DNA of 64,000 nucleotides, taken from a virus (Duplodnaviria > Caudoviricetes). Below are positions 35,667 through 43,630 of the stretch, one piece after another. How positions within the stretch are numbered: the first letter of the stretch is position 1; each line of letters opens with the position of its first letter. The position numbers and the translations under genes are program-made. Below the pieces are notes generated by a model. That model made no database searches. It was not told where the DNA came from and saw only the letters and a program-made list of their open reading frames with translations. The DNA is taken from positions 3,151 to 67,150 of IMG/VR virus record IMGVR_UViG_2887723448_000002. One strand, written 5' to 3'.

Positions 35667-36183
35667 TCTGAATTTTCGTGACTGGCAGATCCTCTGGCGG
35701 GTTGTCCTTGAGCATGTCCTTGCGCGCCAGCTCCAGCTTCCGGATCAAATCAATCTGCCGAATGATCAGATCGGCGTAGTCAGGAGCCGCGGCCTTGAAT
35801 TCTTTCTTGTCGTACGGCGCCATGTCCTCGATCAACGGGTCGTACGCCATGCCGATCTTGCGCGTGACTTCAAGTGCGCCATCAACCATGTCCTGCAACT
35901 CAAGCGAACCTGACAGCCGTACAAACCGATGCAGCTTGACCCGAGCCAGACGAATCTCGTCGTCCAGGCTGCCGACTTCGGCGCGTTCGTATAGCAAGCG
36001 CTCTTCGGGGAGCAGGGCGTCGGAGTAGAAGCCGTGCTTGACGGCGTTCGTGTTGCCGGGGCGGGCTGCATCAGTCTTCGGCCCGGTGCTCTTGCCGCCG
36101 TGCACTCGGCACCTACCGTTAGCCATCGCCGGGGCTTTGCATTGACCTCCCGCGCGCGTCTTAGCGCCGCACCAGTTGGCCAT
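35608..36183 (-). CDS. terS: terminase small subunit (HGGxSTG type)
   Basis: CGAKTRAGGQCKAPAMANGRCRVHGGKSTGPKT, GNTNAVKHGFYS. Confidence 0.85.
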   Translation of the reverse strand: MANWCGAKTRAGGQCKAPAMANGRCRVHGGKSTGPKTDAARPGNTNAVKHGFYSDALLPEERLLYERAEVGSLDDEIRLARVKLHRFVRLSGSLELQDMVDGALEVTRKIGMAYDPLIEDMAPYDKKEFKAAAPDYADLIIRQIDLIRKLELARKDMLKDNPPEDLPVTKIQIEVIGGRKNTNPSDDGPAG

Positions 36184-36255
36184 GCCCGTCTCCGCTTATG
36201 GGGTTGCGTTTCAGCAATCCGGCACAGATGGCGGATAAACCCCGTGAAATAGTAC

Positions 36256-36284
36256 TTGCGTTAGGCACATTGTGCCGCTATGAT
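36256..36284 (+). promoter_or_regulatory. sigma70 promoter with palindromic operator in its spacer
   Basis: TTGCGT-17-TATGAT with GGCACA-T-TGTGCC (36264-36276). Confidence 0.6.
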
Positions 36285-36332
36285 TCTTTCCATGCCGCTG
36301 CGCTTCGCAGAAGGCGAACCCGGAGAAACGAA

Positions 36333-36647
36333 ATGATCAAGCGCACCCAACAAGACTGGACCATCGGCAGCGTCGTCAAGGTCGGCTTCCTGAGCCTCAC
36401 CGTCAAAGCGGCTATCGCCACACCGGGCGACTTCAAGCCGGATGCCTACATCCTCTCCAACGCAGCAGGCACGCAGCTTTACCGCTTCGTTCCTCACAAT
36501 GGCGTCGAGAAGATTAGCCTGGTCGAGGCTCGCGAAATGATCGCGGACAACATGCACCGCGCCGAGCAACTTGCCGCGAAGGTTCTCGCTAAGGCGCAAG
36601 CTGATGCGAAGGCAATCGCGGCGATCAACGACATCCTCTTTCAATGA
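36333..36647 (+). CDS. hypothetical protein (cassette 1, gene A)
   Basis: GGAG SD; antisense to the late genes; ATGA-coupled to an HTH gene. Confidence 0.7.
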   Translation: MIKRTQQDWTIGSVVKVGFLSLTVKAAIATPGDFKPDAYILSNAAGTQLYRFVPHNGVEKISLVEAREMIADNMHRAEQLAAKVLAKAQADAKAIAAINDILFQ

Positions 36648-36895
36648 TCCCTGACGCCACAAAACACCGGAAAGACCCTAAATACGTCCGCGCGCTGTAT
36701 GAGCGCATCGGCAAGTCTCAGAAGTGGATTGCGGATCGCATCGGCATCAGCGAGCGCCGCTTCCGGTACTTGATCGCTGGATCGCGAGAGGTTGAGGGCA
36801 AGACCGTCGATGTAGTGCTGTCCTACCCTGAGCAATTCGCGCTCGAGTGTTTGGCAGAAGCAGCCGACATGGCTGGCGCTATGTCCATCAAATAA
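36644..36895 (+). CDS. XRE-like helix-turn-helix protein
   Basis: SQKWIADRIGISERRFRYLIAG helix-turn-helix. Confidence 0.75.
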   Translation: MIPDATKHRKDPKYVRALYERIGKSQKWIADRIGISERRFRYLIAGSREVEGKTVDVVLSYPEQFALECLAEAADMAGAMSIK

Positions 36896-37192
36896 AAAAG
36901 CCACCCATCGGGCGGCAATCAGGCGGGGCACCTGAAGGAGGAAATAGAGGGTGCCGGTGCTAATCCCCGGCTTGATAGCCTCACTGGCCGCAATCGATGA
37001 TCTCAACCGCGCGCGTCACCGCTATCCGACGAACCGGGAGCGACGCGGCATCCGTGCAGGTCAGCATCCTGCAAACCCTCTGCGAAGCCGCCAACCCGTT
37101 CTCCGACGATGGGGGATGGAGCGCTTAGCCGACCAAGTCGGCGGTCTGCGGCTTCGCGGAAGGTTCTAGGGGTACTCCCCATCGAATGCCGC

Positions 37193-37221
37193 TTGATCTA
37201 TCTTTGATTCGTGCGTATATT
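37193..37221 (+). promoter_or_regulatory. sigma70-like promoter of cassette 2
   Basis: TTGATC-17-TATATT; overlaps the GTG used by the ORF track, so the true start is probably downstream. Confidence 0.5.
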
Positions 37222-37261
37222 TCAACTTATCAACAACGCAGCACGAACAGGGGATCGGGAA

Positions 37262-37570
37262 ATGTTCATTCTGGCCGGCAACTTCGAAAACGGTTCTTGC
37301 AACGCGCTTCATGCGGGCTTGTTCGATTCCCGCGAGGAAGCAGACTTTTGGATTGATCGGGCTCGCGGCGGAATGGATCTCGTGCTCACGCGATTCGCAG
37401 ATGCTCGTGTCGTCGAGACGACCGCTGAACTGGATGCTGCCGTCACAGAGGCTCGCCAGAACCCCGACTATTTTGCGGGCTGGTTCGAACGGAAGTTCAC
37501 ATTCGACGGCGACCGTGTATCCGTTTTCCCGAATCTTCCCGAAGATACGCCGATGCCCGCTTTTGACTAA
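37262..37570 (+). CDS. hypothetical protein (cassette 2, gene A)
   Basis: ATG after GGGA; acidic 102-aa ORF. Confidence 0.6.
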   Translation: MFILAGNFENGSCNALHAGLFDSREEADFWIDRARGGMDLVLTRFADARVVETTAELDAAVTEARQNPDYFAGWFERKFTFDGDRVSVFPNLPEDTPMPAFD

Positions 37571-37580
37571 ACGCGCAGCC

Positions 37581-37754
37581 ATGAAGCCAGCCAAACCAAC
37601 ACACGGCGGCGCTCGCGAGGGCGCGGGCCGCAAGACCTCGGATGGCGCGAAAGGCGTTGTGCCCGTCAATATCACCCTTACGCCCGAGGAGCGCGAAAAG
37701 CTCAAGGCGCTCGGCGGGAGTGCTTGGGTGCGCGCTCAGTTGCGCGGGGCCTAA
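37581..37754 (+). CDS. small ribbon-helix-helix-like DNA-binding protein
   Basis: HGGAREGAGRK followed by VNITLTPEEREKLKALGGSAWVRAQL. Confidence 0.65.
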   Translation: MKPAKPTHGGAREGAGRKTSDGAKGVVPVNITLTPEEREKLKALGGSAWVRAQLRGA

Positions 37755-37879
37755 GCCGTCAACGCCCGAAGCCGGTCCAACTTCGCGACGAGCGACGTCT
37801 TCAGCGGCCCGTCGATACGCATGCGTTGGATGTCTTCTTCGATGCTGTCGATCAGCGACTGGATTTCTGCGTTAGTCAT
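37751..37879 (-). CDS. small hypothetical helical protein (42 aa)
   Basis: Hand translation MTNAEIQSLIDSIEEDIQRMRIDGPLKTSLVAKLDRLRALTA; ATGA-type coupling upstream. Confidence 0.45.
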   Translation of the reverse strand: MTNAEIQSLIDSIEEDIQRMRIDGPLKTSLVAKLDRLRALTA

Positions 37880-37985
37880 GCTGCCCGCCAGTATTGAGCC
37901 AACGCCATCAGCAACTCCGCCCATGCCTCAGCGCACTCGGCCATATCAGCGAGGATTGAGGTGTACATGGTGGGCTCGGAAACGG

Positions 37986-38022
37986 AAAAGCCCTGCTCGG
38001 AATTAACCGGCAGGGCTTTTTT
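37986..38022. terminator. bidirectional intrinsic terminator (tR'-like position)
   Basis: AAAAGCCCTGC...GCAGGGCTTTTTT. Confidence 0.65.
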
Positions 38023-38047
38023 AGACATGGCGCTAGGACCACGGTGT

Positions 38048-38464
38048 CTACTCTGCCACACGTTTCACTGGGTTGCAATGAATTTTGTATGCTCGATGCG
38101 ATTTAGCCTCGGCATATGGATCGTTCCTCCCCCAGTACCTATCGGCTTGCTCCTGCTTGCGCTGCTTCTCGGCATTGCGAGGCGCATGGTAGTCGCGAGC
38201 GTTTCCTAGATGCGTGGTTAGGTAAACATTCCCGACTTTGTACGACCCCATGTCGCCAGTTCTCGCCATGCAAAGGTCATTTGTCCCTCGACCGCGCATG
38301 TGGAAATATGGCTCCCAGATCGTCCACCATTCATCGAATGTCATATCCCATTCGATACCGCGCTCTTTCGCGTTGTTGCGCTGCGACTTAAACGCGTGAC
38401 CTGGGTCTCTCAGCCCGCGCTCCTTGCAATATGCTCTCGCCTTCTCTACTGGCACCCTACTCAT
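38048..38464 (-). CDS. HNH-like (beta-beta-alpha-metal) endonuclease
   Basis: AKERGIEWDMTFDEWW...MARTGDMGSYKVGNVYLTTHLGN pattern seen in phage homing endonucleases. Confidence 0.65.
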   Translation of the reverse strand: MSRVPVEKARAYCKERGLRDPGHAFKSQRNNAKERGIEWDMTFDEWWTIWEPYFHMRGRGTNDLCMARTGDMGSYKVGNVYLTTHLGNARDYHAPRNAEKQRKQEQADRYWGRNDPYAEAKSHRAYKIHCNPVKRVAE

Positions 38465-38918
38465 GCACGCCTCTCCACGCCATGCTGACCGCGCTGGATG
38501 CTGATCCGCCAACGCTTTTCACGATGGGCTCAGGCTTAATGAGTCCTCTCGAGAAAAGCATCGGGAACAACAGGTCCTTCGCTTCCTGATACAGGCGGTG
38601 CGATTCCTCGGCCGACAACCGCGCGTTGCCCCAGACCGAAACGCCGACGCGCTTGTTCTTCATGGAGACTTGGATTGCCGCGCGATGCTGCCAAGTCAGC
38701 GTGTCCACGCACACCTCCACGATCTCGCTATTGGCCTTCCAAATCTTCGCGTCCGCAATCTCCGCGCGCTCCTTCGCGTCGAGCCATTGATTCCCTGAGC
38801 GATACTCGCGGCACGTTGGATCGCAGCGGCCGGCGCCGAGCGCCGGGAAATAGGAGCTCTGCCACCTATGCCACTCGATCAGTAAAGTCTCGACCTGTTC
38901 GGATTCATCAAGCGTCAT
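38457..38918 (-). CDS. late antiterminator Q-like protein
   Basis: Last gene of the delayed-early operon before the late genes; LLIEWHRWQ...VEVCVDTL...AAI pattern; start at an ATGA overlap. Confidence 0.6.
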   Translation of the reverse strand: MTLDESEQVETLLIEWHRWQSSYFPALGAGRCDPTCREYRSGNQWLDAKERAEIADAKIWKANSEIVEVCVDTLTWQHRAAIQVSMKNKRVGVSVWGNARLSAEESHRLYQEAKDLLFPMLFSRGLIKPEPIVKSVGGSASSAVSMAWRGVHE

Positions 38919-39121
38919 TCGCCACTCCTTTCGTAAAGATCGCACTTCCGCATCCGCCAAACATCCGGCTTCCATTGCTCCGTAACCGCGCATGTGACGT
39001 ATTCCACTCCAAACACCCTCGCGAAAATCACGTTGCGACATCCGATGCAGCTTCCGTTTTGGCGCTCCTCGCAGATCAACATCGGATCGCGGCAGTAGTC
39101 GGAGCGGCGCAACCCACTCAT
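38915..39121 (-). CDS. small Cys-rich hypothetical protein
   Basis: CRDPMLICEERQ...CIGC; coupled to both neighbours. Confidence 0.55.
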   Translation of the reverse strand: MSGLRRSDYCRDPMLICEERQNGSCIGCRNVIFARVFGVEYVTCAVTEQWKPDVWRMRKCDLYERSGE

Positions 39122-39372
39122 GTCAGCGTCCGGCTTGCCCAATCGTTCCATGCCTGACGCGGGGTTCCTCCAAACCCGGGATACCCCGATCCATTCGTGC
39201 AGACCCAGCTTGGAACCAAGCCTTCGATTGAGTAATAGATGCGGGGCTTTTGGATTTCGAAGGTCCGACGAAGGGGCCAATATTTCCCGATGGTCACACT
39301 CATCATTTTTGGCGGCGGCGGCAACCATACACACCCGGATTCATCGAAATAGGCGCGGTTGAAGGGCTTCAT
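39118..39372 (-). CDS. hypothetical protein
   Basis: GAGG SD; ATGA coupling. Confidence 0.5.
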   Translation of the reverse strand: MKPFNRAYFDESGCVWLPPPPKMMSVTIGKYWPLRRTFEIQKPRIYYSIEGLVPSWVCTNGSGYPGFGGTPRQAWNDWASRTLT

Positions 39373-39833
39373 GCTTTCACCTCGGCTCGTGCCGCATCGA
39401 TGGCGTCGGCGTATGTGTCGCCCGACGCGATAAGAATGCCGCCGCGGTGAATGAGGCATCGGCTTTCTATGCCCACGAACATGATCGCCACGCGTGGGTT
39501 ATTTCGGAGCCTCATTTCGGTACGCCAGCGCTCCGCATCCTCCCGCAGCGCCTCGTTTTCCTCCGTCAGCAACGCATTCATGGCGCGCTCGGATGCGATC
39601 ACCTCGGGCGACGACTCGGCGCGGGCCTGCTCGGCTAGCTGCAACTGAATAGTGCTGGCGCGCTTGGCGGCATCCATGCCCATGTGAGCTGCGGCAGCCT
39701 GGCGCTTAATCTCCTCCCGTAGTCTCCGAGCCTCTGCGAGAAGCGCCTCATAGTCTTCATGCTTGACCCAATCGCCGCCACTCACAGTAGGCACGATCGC
39801 GCCAGTGAGTAGGGCGTATCGTTGAATGGTCAT
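39369..39833 (-). CDS. hypothetical coiled-coil phage protein
   Basis: GGAG SD; GDWVKHEDY motif, then a coiled coil. Confidence 0.6.
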   Translation of the reverse strand: MTIQRYALLTGAIVPTVSGGDWVKHEDYEALLAEARRLREEIKRQAAAAHMGMDAAKRASTIQLQLAEQARAESSPEVIASERAMNALLTEENEALREDAERWRTEMRLRNNPRVAIMFVGIESRCLIHRGGILIASGDTYADAIDAARAEVKA

Positions 39834-39846
39834 TTCGTCTCCCGGC

Positions 39847-40119
39847 TCAATAAAGGTTCTCGGAGTACAGCGTGCCGCCGGCTGTGTCATCACCACCCAC
39901 GCGACGGATGATCTGCCCCGCGGCTTCTGCGACTTTCCATGCCTCGACGCGACTGAAGAAAGTACCGCGGTTGTCGATAAAGCCTTGGTCGACCGGATCG
40001 CCTTCGGTTTCCAGTCCGCGCATGAAGGCATCCCAATGGCGGATGCCGAGCACGACTTCGCCTGTGAATCGCTTGCGGTTCGCGGCACAGACAATTCGGT
40101 GAATAGCCCCCTCACTCAT
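39847..40119 (-). CDS. conserved hypothetical phage protein
   Basis: IVCAAN...GIRHWD...QGFIDNRGTFFSRVEAWKVA...LYSENLY. Confidence 0.65.
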   Translation of the reverse strand: MSEGAIHRIVCAANRKRFTGEVVLGIRHWDAFMRGLETEGDPVDQGFIDNRGTFFSRVEAWKVAEAAGQIIRRVGGDDTAGGTLYSENLY

Positions 40120-40288
40120 GGCTCTCAACCCTCCTCGCGCACTCGCAAACAAAACTCCCGCGCGTATCGGGCGCGCTCCCGCAATCCATACAGCGTCGCT
40201 CCGGCTTCTCCGCAGTGCGCTCGATTTCGGCGTGGAGGGCATTGGCGCGGGCGCTGGCGGTGTGCCAGTGGGTGGGGTCTTGGTTCAT
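40112..40288 (-). CDS. small hypothetical Zn-ribbon protein
   Basis: GGAG SD; CMDC...CEC. Confidence 0.45.
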   Translation of the reverse strand: MNQDPTHWHTASARANALHAEIERTAEKPERRCMDCGSAPDTRGSFVCECARRVESHE

Positions 40289-40446
40289 GGTTGCTCCTTT
40301 TGGCCGACGTTCTTTTCCAGTTGATCGCGAATTAGTTGGACGCAATGACCAATCTCATCGGCTGGAGCATTCCCGAACGCGAGGCCGGCAAGATGGCCTA
40401 GCGCGTAATCAGCGTCTTCAGGCCACTCATCCTTCGGCGTGGTCAT
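40285..40446 (-). CDS. small hypothetical protein
   Basis: GGAG SD; MTTPKDEWPED...; ATGA coupling. Confidence 0.5.
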   Translation of the reverse strand: MTTPKDEWPEDADYALGHLAGLAFGNAPADEIGHCVQLIRDQLEKNVGQKEQP

Positions 40447-41576
40447 GCTGCTATCTCCATTGAAATGAGGTCGTCGACAAGTTGAATGCGCCGGCCGATC
40501 CAAGCCATGCACGGAACGGCCATTGAGTTGCCGAGCGCCTTGTATCGCGGTCCGTCTGCGGCAGGCTTGCCGCGCACAGTGATTCGCGTGTAGTCGTCGG
40601 GAAATCCCTGTAGGCGCTCGCACTCCATTGGGGTCAAGCGCCGAACGGCACTGTCGTGCATGACGGCCTGGTGACCACCGCCGTTCTGATGCGAATTTGA
40701 ATGCCCCATGCTGCGCATCGTCGAGGCGATCTCGCCAATGCCGAAGCCGTTCTGTCCGGATGACTTGCAATCGAATGCCACCGGCACGAGCGGTGTGCCG
40801 CGCCCAGTTCCATCCTCGCTAGCGTCAAAACCTTCTCCGCGAAGCGAATGCGCAACAAGCCGATTCGTGTATGCGTCTTGGCCGCTATATCCGCCAGGGT
40901 GCGAGTCAGAGCACAACGTGCCAGCGATCAGGCCGCCATCGCACTCGAAGTCGGTTCCGAGTCCGCCACCGCCTTTAGTGCGAGCGCTAAGGGTCGGGGC
41001 AATTCCTTCCCGCGATTTCCTGCTCGGCGCAGAATCCCCGCGCATGCTCTCGCGCTCAAAAAGTACTGCGGCGGCAGGTCGCCAGTCTCCAAGATGTCCG
41101 ATAACGAACACACGGCGGCGTCGCTGGGCCACTCCGAAGTACTGAGCGTCAAGAACCCGGTAGGCGAACCCATACCCGAGTTCTGCCAGCCCTCCGAGGA
41201 GGGTTCCAAAATCCCTTCCGCCGTTTGATGACAGGACGCCGGGGACGTTTTCCCAGACCAGCCAGCGGGGAGCGTAGCGCTCAGCAATGGCAAGATAGGT
41301 GAGCATGAGGTTGCCACGCGGATCAGCCAGTCCCTTTCTGAGTCCGGCGACGCTGAAGCTTTGGCAGGGAGTTCCGCCGACGAGAAGATCGATAGCTGCA
41401 TCAGGCCAATCCTTGAATTTAGTCATGTCGCCCAGATTCGGCACATGCGGGTAGTGGTGAGCCAGCACGGCTGACGGGAACGGCTCGATCTCACTCAGGA
41501 ATTCAGCGCGCCATCCGAGTGGATGCCAGGCGCAGCTCGCCGCCTCGATGCCGCTGCAAACGCTACCGAAGATCAT
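40443..41576 (-). CDS. DNA (cytosine-5)-methyltransferase
   Basis: Motifs I (SVCSGIE), IV (GGTPCQSFS), VI (WENVPG), VIII (QRRRRVFVIG), IX (RRLTPMECERLQGFPD), X (ALGNSMAV). Confidence 0.95.
   Translation of the reverse strand: MIFGSVCSGIEAASCAWHPLGWRAEFLSEIEPFPSAVLAHHYPHVPNLGDMTKFKDWPDAAIDLLVGGTPCQSFSVAGLRKGLADPRGNLMLTYLAIAERYAPRWLVWENVPGVLSSNGGRDFGTLLGGLAELGYGFAYRVLDAQYFGVAQRRRRVFVIGHLGDWRPAAAVLFERESMRGDSAPSRKSREGIAPTLSARTKGGGGLGTDFECDGGLIAGTLCSDSHPGGYSGQDAYTNRLVAHSLRGEGFDASEDGTGRGTPLVPVAFDCKSSGQNGFGIGEIASTMRSMGHSNSHQNGGGHQAVMHDSAVRRLTPMECERLQGFPDDYTRITVRGKPAADGPRYKALGNSMAVPCMAWIGRRIQLVDDLISMEIAA
40928..41401 (-). CDS. nested alternative-frame ORF inside the methyltransferase (candidate second subunit)
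   Basis: 157 codons, same strand, shifted frame, AAGGA 8 nt before the ATG; carries SLSDILETGDLPPQYFLSARACAGILRRA. Confidence 0.65.
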   Translation of the reverse strand: MQLSIFSSAELPAKASASPDSERDWLIRVATSCSPILPLLSATLPAGWSGKTSPASCHQTAEGILEPSSEGWQNSGMGSPTGFLTLSTSEWPSDAAVCSLSDILETGDLPPQYFLSARACAGILRRAGNRGKELPRPLALALKAVADSEPTSSAMAA

Positions 41577-42004
41577 GCTGCCTCCCGTTGTTGTTCGATC
41601 TCAATTCCAAGCTTCGCCGCCCGCGCCGGCTCCCACCGCTCATATGCGTCATCCCAGACCTTGAACTTGAATTCGCGAGTCGCCGGCCCTTGGTCGATAA
41701 AAACATGGCACGCACGGCATCCGGGTACGGAATATTCGTGCTTCGCTTTGATCCCCATGCCCTTGCCGTGGCGACTCTGATTCGAATGACAGGGAACTAC
41801 CGTGGCTGAGTCGTGCAGGCACACGCCGAACACGCTCAGGAAGCAAGGCTCACCGCGGCACGCCGCGAGATACTTCGACCCGTCGGCCACGGTCGGCTTC
41901 TTCCGCTTCGGCTTCCCCGAGAACGGCTTCCCGGGCTTGAATGACGAGAGGGGCGCACCCTGCTTGCGCTTGAATCCCGTACGCGCGAGTCCTGAGCGCC
42001 TCAC
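41573..42004 (-). CDS. DUF1364/YbcO-like nuclease-fold protein
   Basis: ACRGEPC...VVPCHSNQ...GKGMGIK...PGCRACH; GTG start overlapping the upstream stop. Confidence 0.7.
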   Translation of the reverse strand: MRRSGLARTGFKRKQGAPLSSFKPGKPFSGKPKRKKPTVADGSKYLAACRGEPCFLSVFGVCLHDSATVVPCHSNQSRHGKGMGIKAKHEYSVPGCRACHVFIDQGPATREFKFKVWDDAYERWEPARAAKLGIEIEQQREAA

Positions 42005-42285
42005 CCGATCACCCGATAGTGCTTGCCAGCGATGTGCTCCAACACCGGCTGCGGCTCTTCTTCCCAAACGCAATCGATACCGTTCAGCCGCTTACCGCCC
42101 TGATCCCATCGCGTGACGGCGTGCCAGAACGGCGATCGCTCGCCCGGTTGCGTCGGTACGGGGTCAAGCGATTTATTCAGCACAATCGGCCCGCAGTAGT
42201 AGTGCATCTCGAATGTCCAGCGCTCGCCCTTGGCGTCGGTGATCGTGCGCGTCGGGCCGGCAAACGATATGTGGATCAGATTCAA
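42001..42285 (-). CDS. hypothetical protein (start uncertain)
   Basis: ORF tiles between its neighbours with 4-nt overlaps. Confidence 0.5.
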   Translation of the reverse strand: MNLIHISFAGPTRTITDAKGERWTFEMHYYCGPIVLNKSLDPVPTQPGERSPFWHAVTRWDQGGKRLNGIDCVWEEEPQPVLEHIAGKHYRVIG

Positions 42286-42497
42286 AGCACACTCCACGCA
42301 TGTTGCGCAACGATGACCCCAATAGCACCGCATACCGCGCCATATGCTATCCACAGGAATATCCACGACGGGCTGCGCAACGAGTCTCGCTCAGCCGTTA
42401 CGATGGCGGCTTCATAGGCACACGCGCTTAGCTCTGGGTCGTGATATGCCTCGGCGCGGTGTTGGATGCGGCCTTCGAGTGTTTGGGAGGGGTTCAT
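42282..42497 (-). CDS. small membrane protein
   Basis: C-terminal TM segment WIFLWIAYGAVCGAIGVIV; ATGA coupling. Confidence 0.5.
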   Translation of the reverse strand: MNPSQTLEGRIQHRAEAYHDPELSACAYEAAIVTAERDSLRSPSWIFLWIAYGAVCGAIGVIVAQHAWSVL

Positions 42498-42625
42498 AGA
42501 TTCTTCCCGGCAAGGAAGATCGAGGCCACTGCCAGGGCCAGTCCTATGACTCCTGCCACGGGATGCGGAACCGTAGGAGCTATCCAAATTGCGCCCAAGA
42601 GCGCTAGAAAATCGCTTCGTTTCAT
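42494..42625 (-). CDS. small membrane peptide (43 aa)
   Basis: MKRSDFLALLGAIWIAPTVPHPVAGVIGLALAVASIFLAGKNL; ATGA coupling on both sides. Confidence 0.5.
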   Translation of the reverse strand: MKRSDFLALLGAIWIAPTVPHPVAGVIGLALAVASIFLAGKNL

Positions 42626-43080
42626 AGAAAGCTCACCATGCGGTCGACAACTTCATCCAGATCCGCCCGCGAGTAATTCCGCAGGACCTTTTGCAGTAGC
42701 ACGTTTGCTACGGCTGAATAGACGCGCTCGAATTCCTCGTCGTCCATGCTCGCGAAGCTGATGCTGTGCGCCTCAGCGCGAACTTCGCCCTTCAGATTGG
42801 CCACAGCGTCGTAGAAGCCGGCTGCGATGATGCAATCCTTGCGGAACCGCTCGCGGCTCTTTTGCACCGGTAGCCCTCGATGCTCGGTCTCGGGCGGCTC
42901 GAAGGCATCGAAGCCGATATCCAGCATCGCGAAGAATTTCCGATGGAACTTCGAATTGCGCATGAACGAGACTTCAGCGCGCACCGTGGCTCCGACTTTG
43001 AAGCGGCGGCACTTGTCGGCCTCGCCTTCACCGAGCGGGATCAGGTAGCCTTGGGGCGTCTTGGTGAGCAGGACTTCCAT
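42622..43080 (-). CDS. DUF1367 family (NinB-like) protein
   Basis: RNSKFHRKFFAML, SISFASMDDEEFERVY. Confidence 0.8.
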   Translation of the reverse strand: MEVLLTKTPQGYLIPLGEGEADKCRRFKVGATVRAEVSFMRNSKFHRKFFAMLDIGFDAFEPPETEHRGLPVQKSRERFRKDCIIAAGFYDAVANLKGEVRAEAHSISFASMDDEEFERVYSAVANVLLQKVLRNYSRADLDEVVDRMVSFL

Positions 43081-43286
43081 CAGGCCTTCGCTCCCGTGAA
43101 GAAACGAAAGACACGCTGGTGGAAGGGCTTGCGCGGCTCCCACAATCGAAGCTCAGCCCCGCGCGAACAGCGGCCGCCGTATTGCAGCTCTGTCGAGCAG
43201 TAATACCCAGTCACCTGGCAGCGCCAATACTCGCGGGGATATCCATACCGATGCGCGCATGTGTTGCAATTGCGTTCGTCGCTCAC
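43080..43286 (-). CDS. Cys-rich hypothetical protein
   Basis: CNTCAH...C...C...C; GTGA overlap. Confidence 0.5.
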   Translation of the reverse strand: MSDERNCNTCAHRYGYPREYWRCQVTGYYCSTELQYGGRCSRGAELRLWEPRKPFHQRVFRFFTGAKA

Positions 43287-43630
43287 GATTGAATTCCCCT
43301 CCCCTTGGCGACCATTTGATTCACTGCAGCCCACAGCGCGGGATAGACATCTGCCTGTGGAGTGCGATAGCGGGGCTTGGCCTGCTCGCGCTTAACTTCT
43401 TCTGTGCGCCAGTCAAGCGGCTTGCCGGTCCACTTGTAGAAATTCTTCGCGGGGCTGCCCTGTCGAGCTTTCACGGTGCGCGAAATCTTCAAATACCCCT
43501 CGGTCAGGAGCGACATCGCCGCATTACCCGCACCGCTTACGCTGCACCCGATCTCCTCGGATAGCGTGACAGCGCACCATTCGCTACCGTTTTGTACAGC
43601 GGCGAGGACTAGGCGTTTGAGTGGGCTCAT
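43283..43630 (-). CDS. winged-helix hypothetical protein
   Basis: AVTLSEEIGCSVSGAGNAAMSLLTEGYL wHTH-like pattern. Confidence 0.55.
   Translation of the reverse strand: MSPLKRLVLAAVQNGSEWCAVTLSEEIGCSVSGAGNAAMSLLTEGYLKISRTVKARQGSPAKNFYKWTGKPLDWRTEEVKREQAKPRYRTPQADVYPALWAAVNQMVAKGRGIQS

Noticed and set aside
37211-37261. GTG start given by the ORF track
   Set aside because: Overlaps the -10 box of a good promoter candidate; ATG 37262 preferred.
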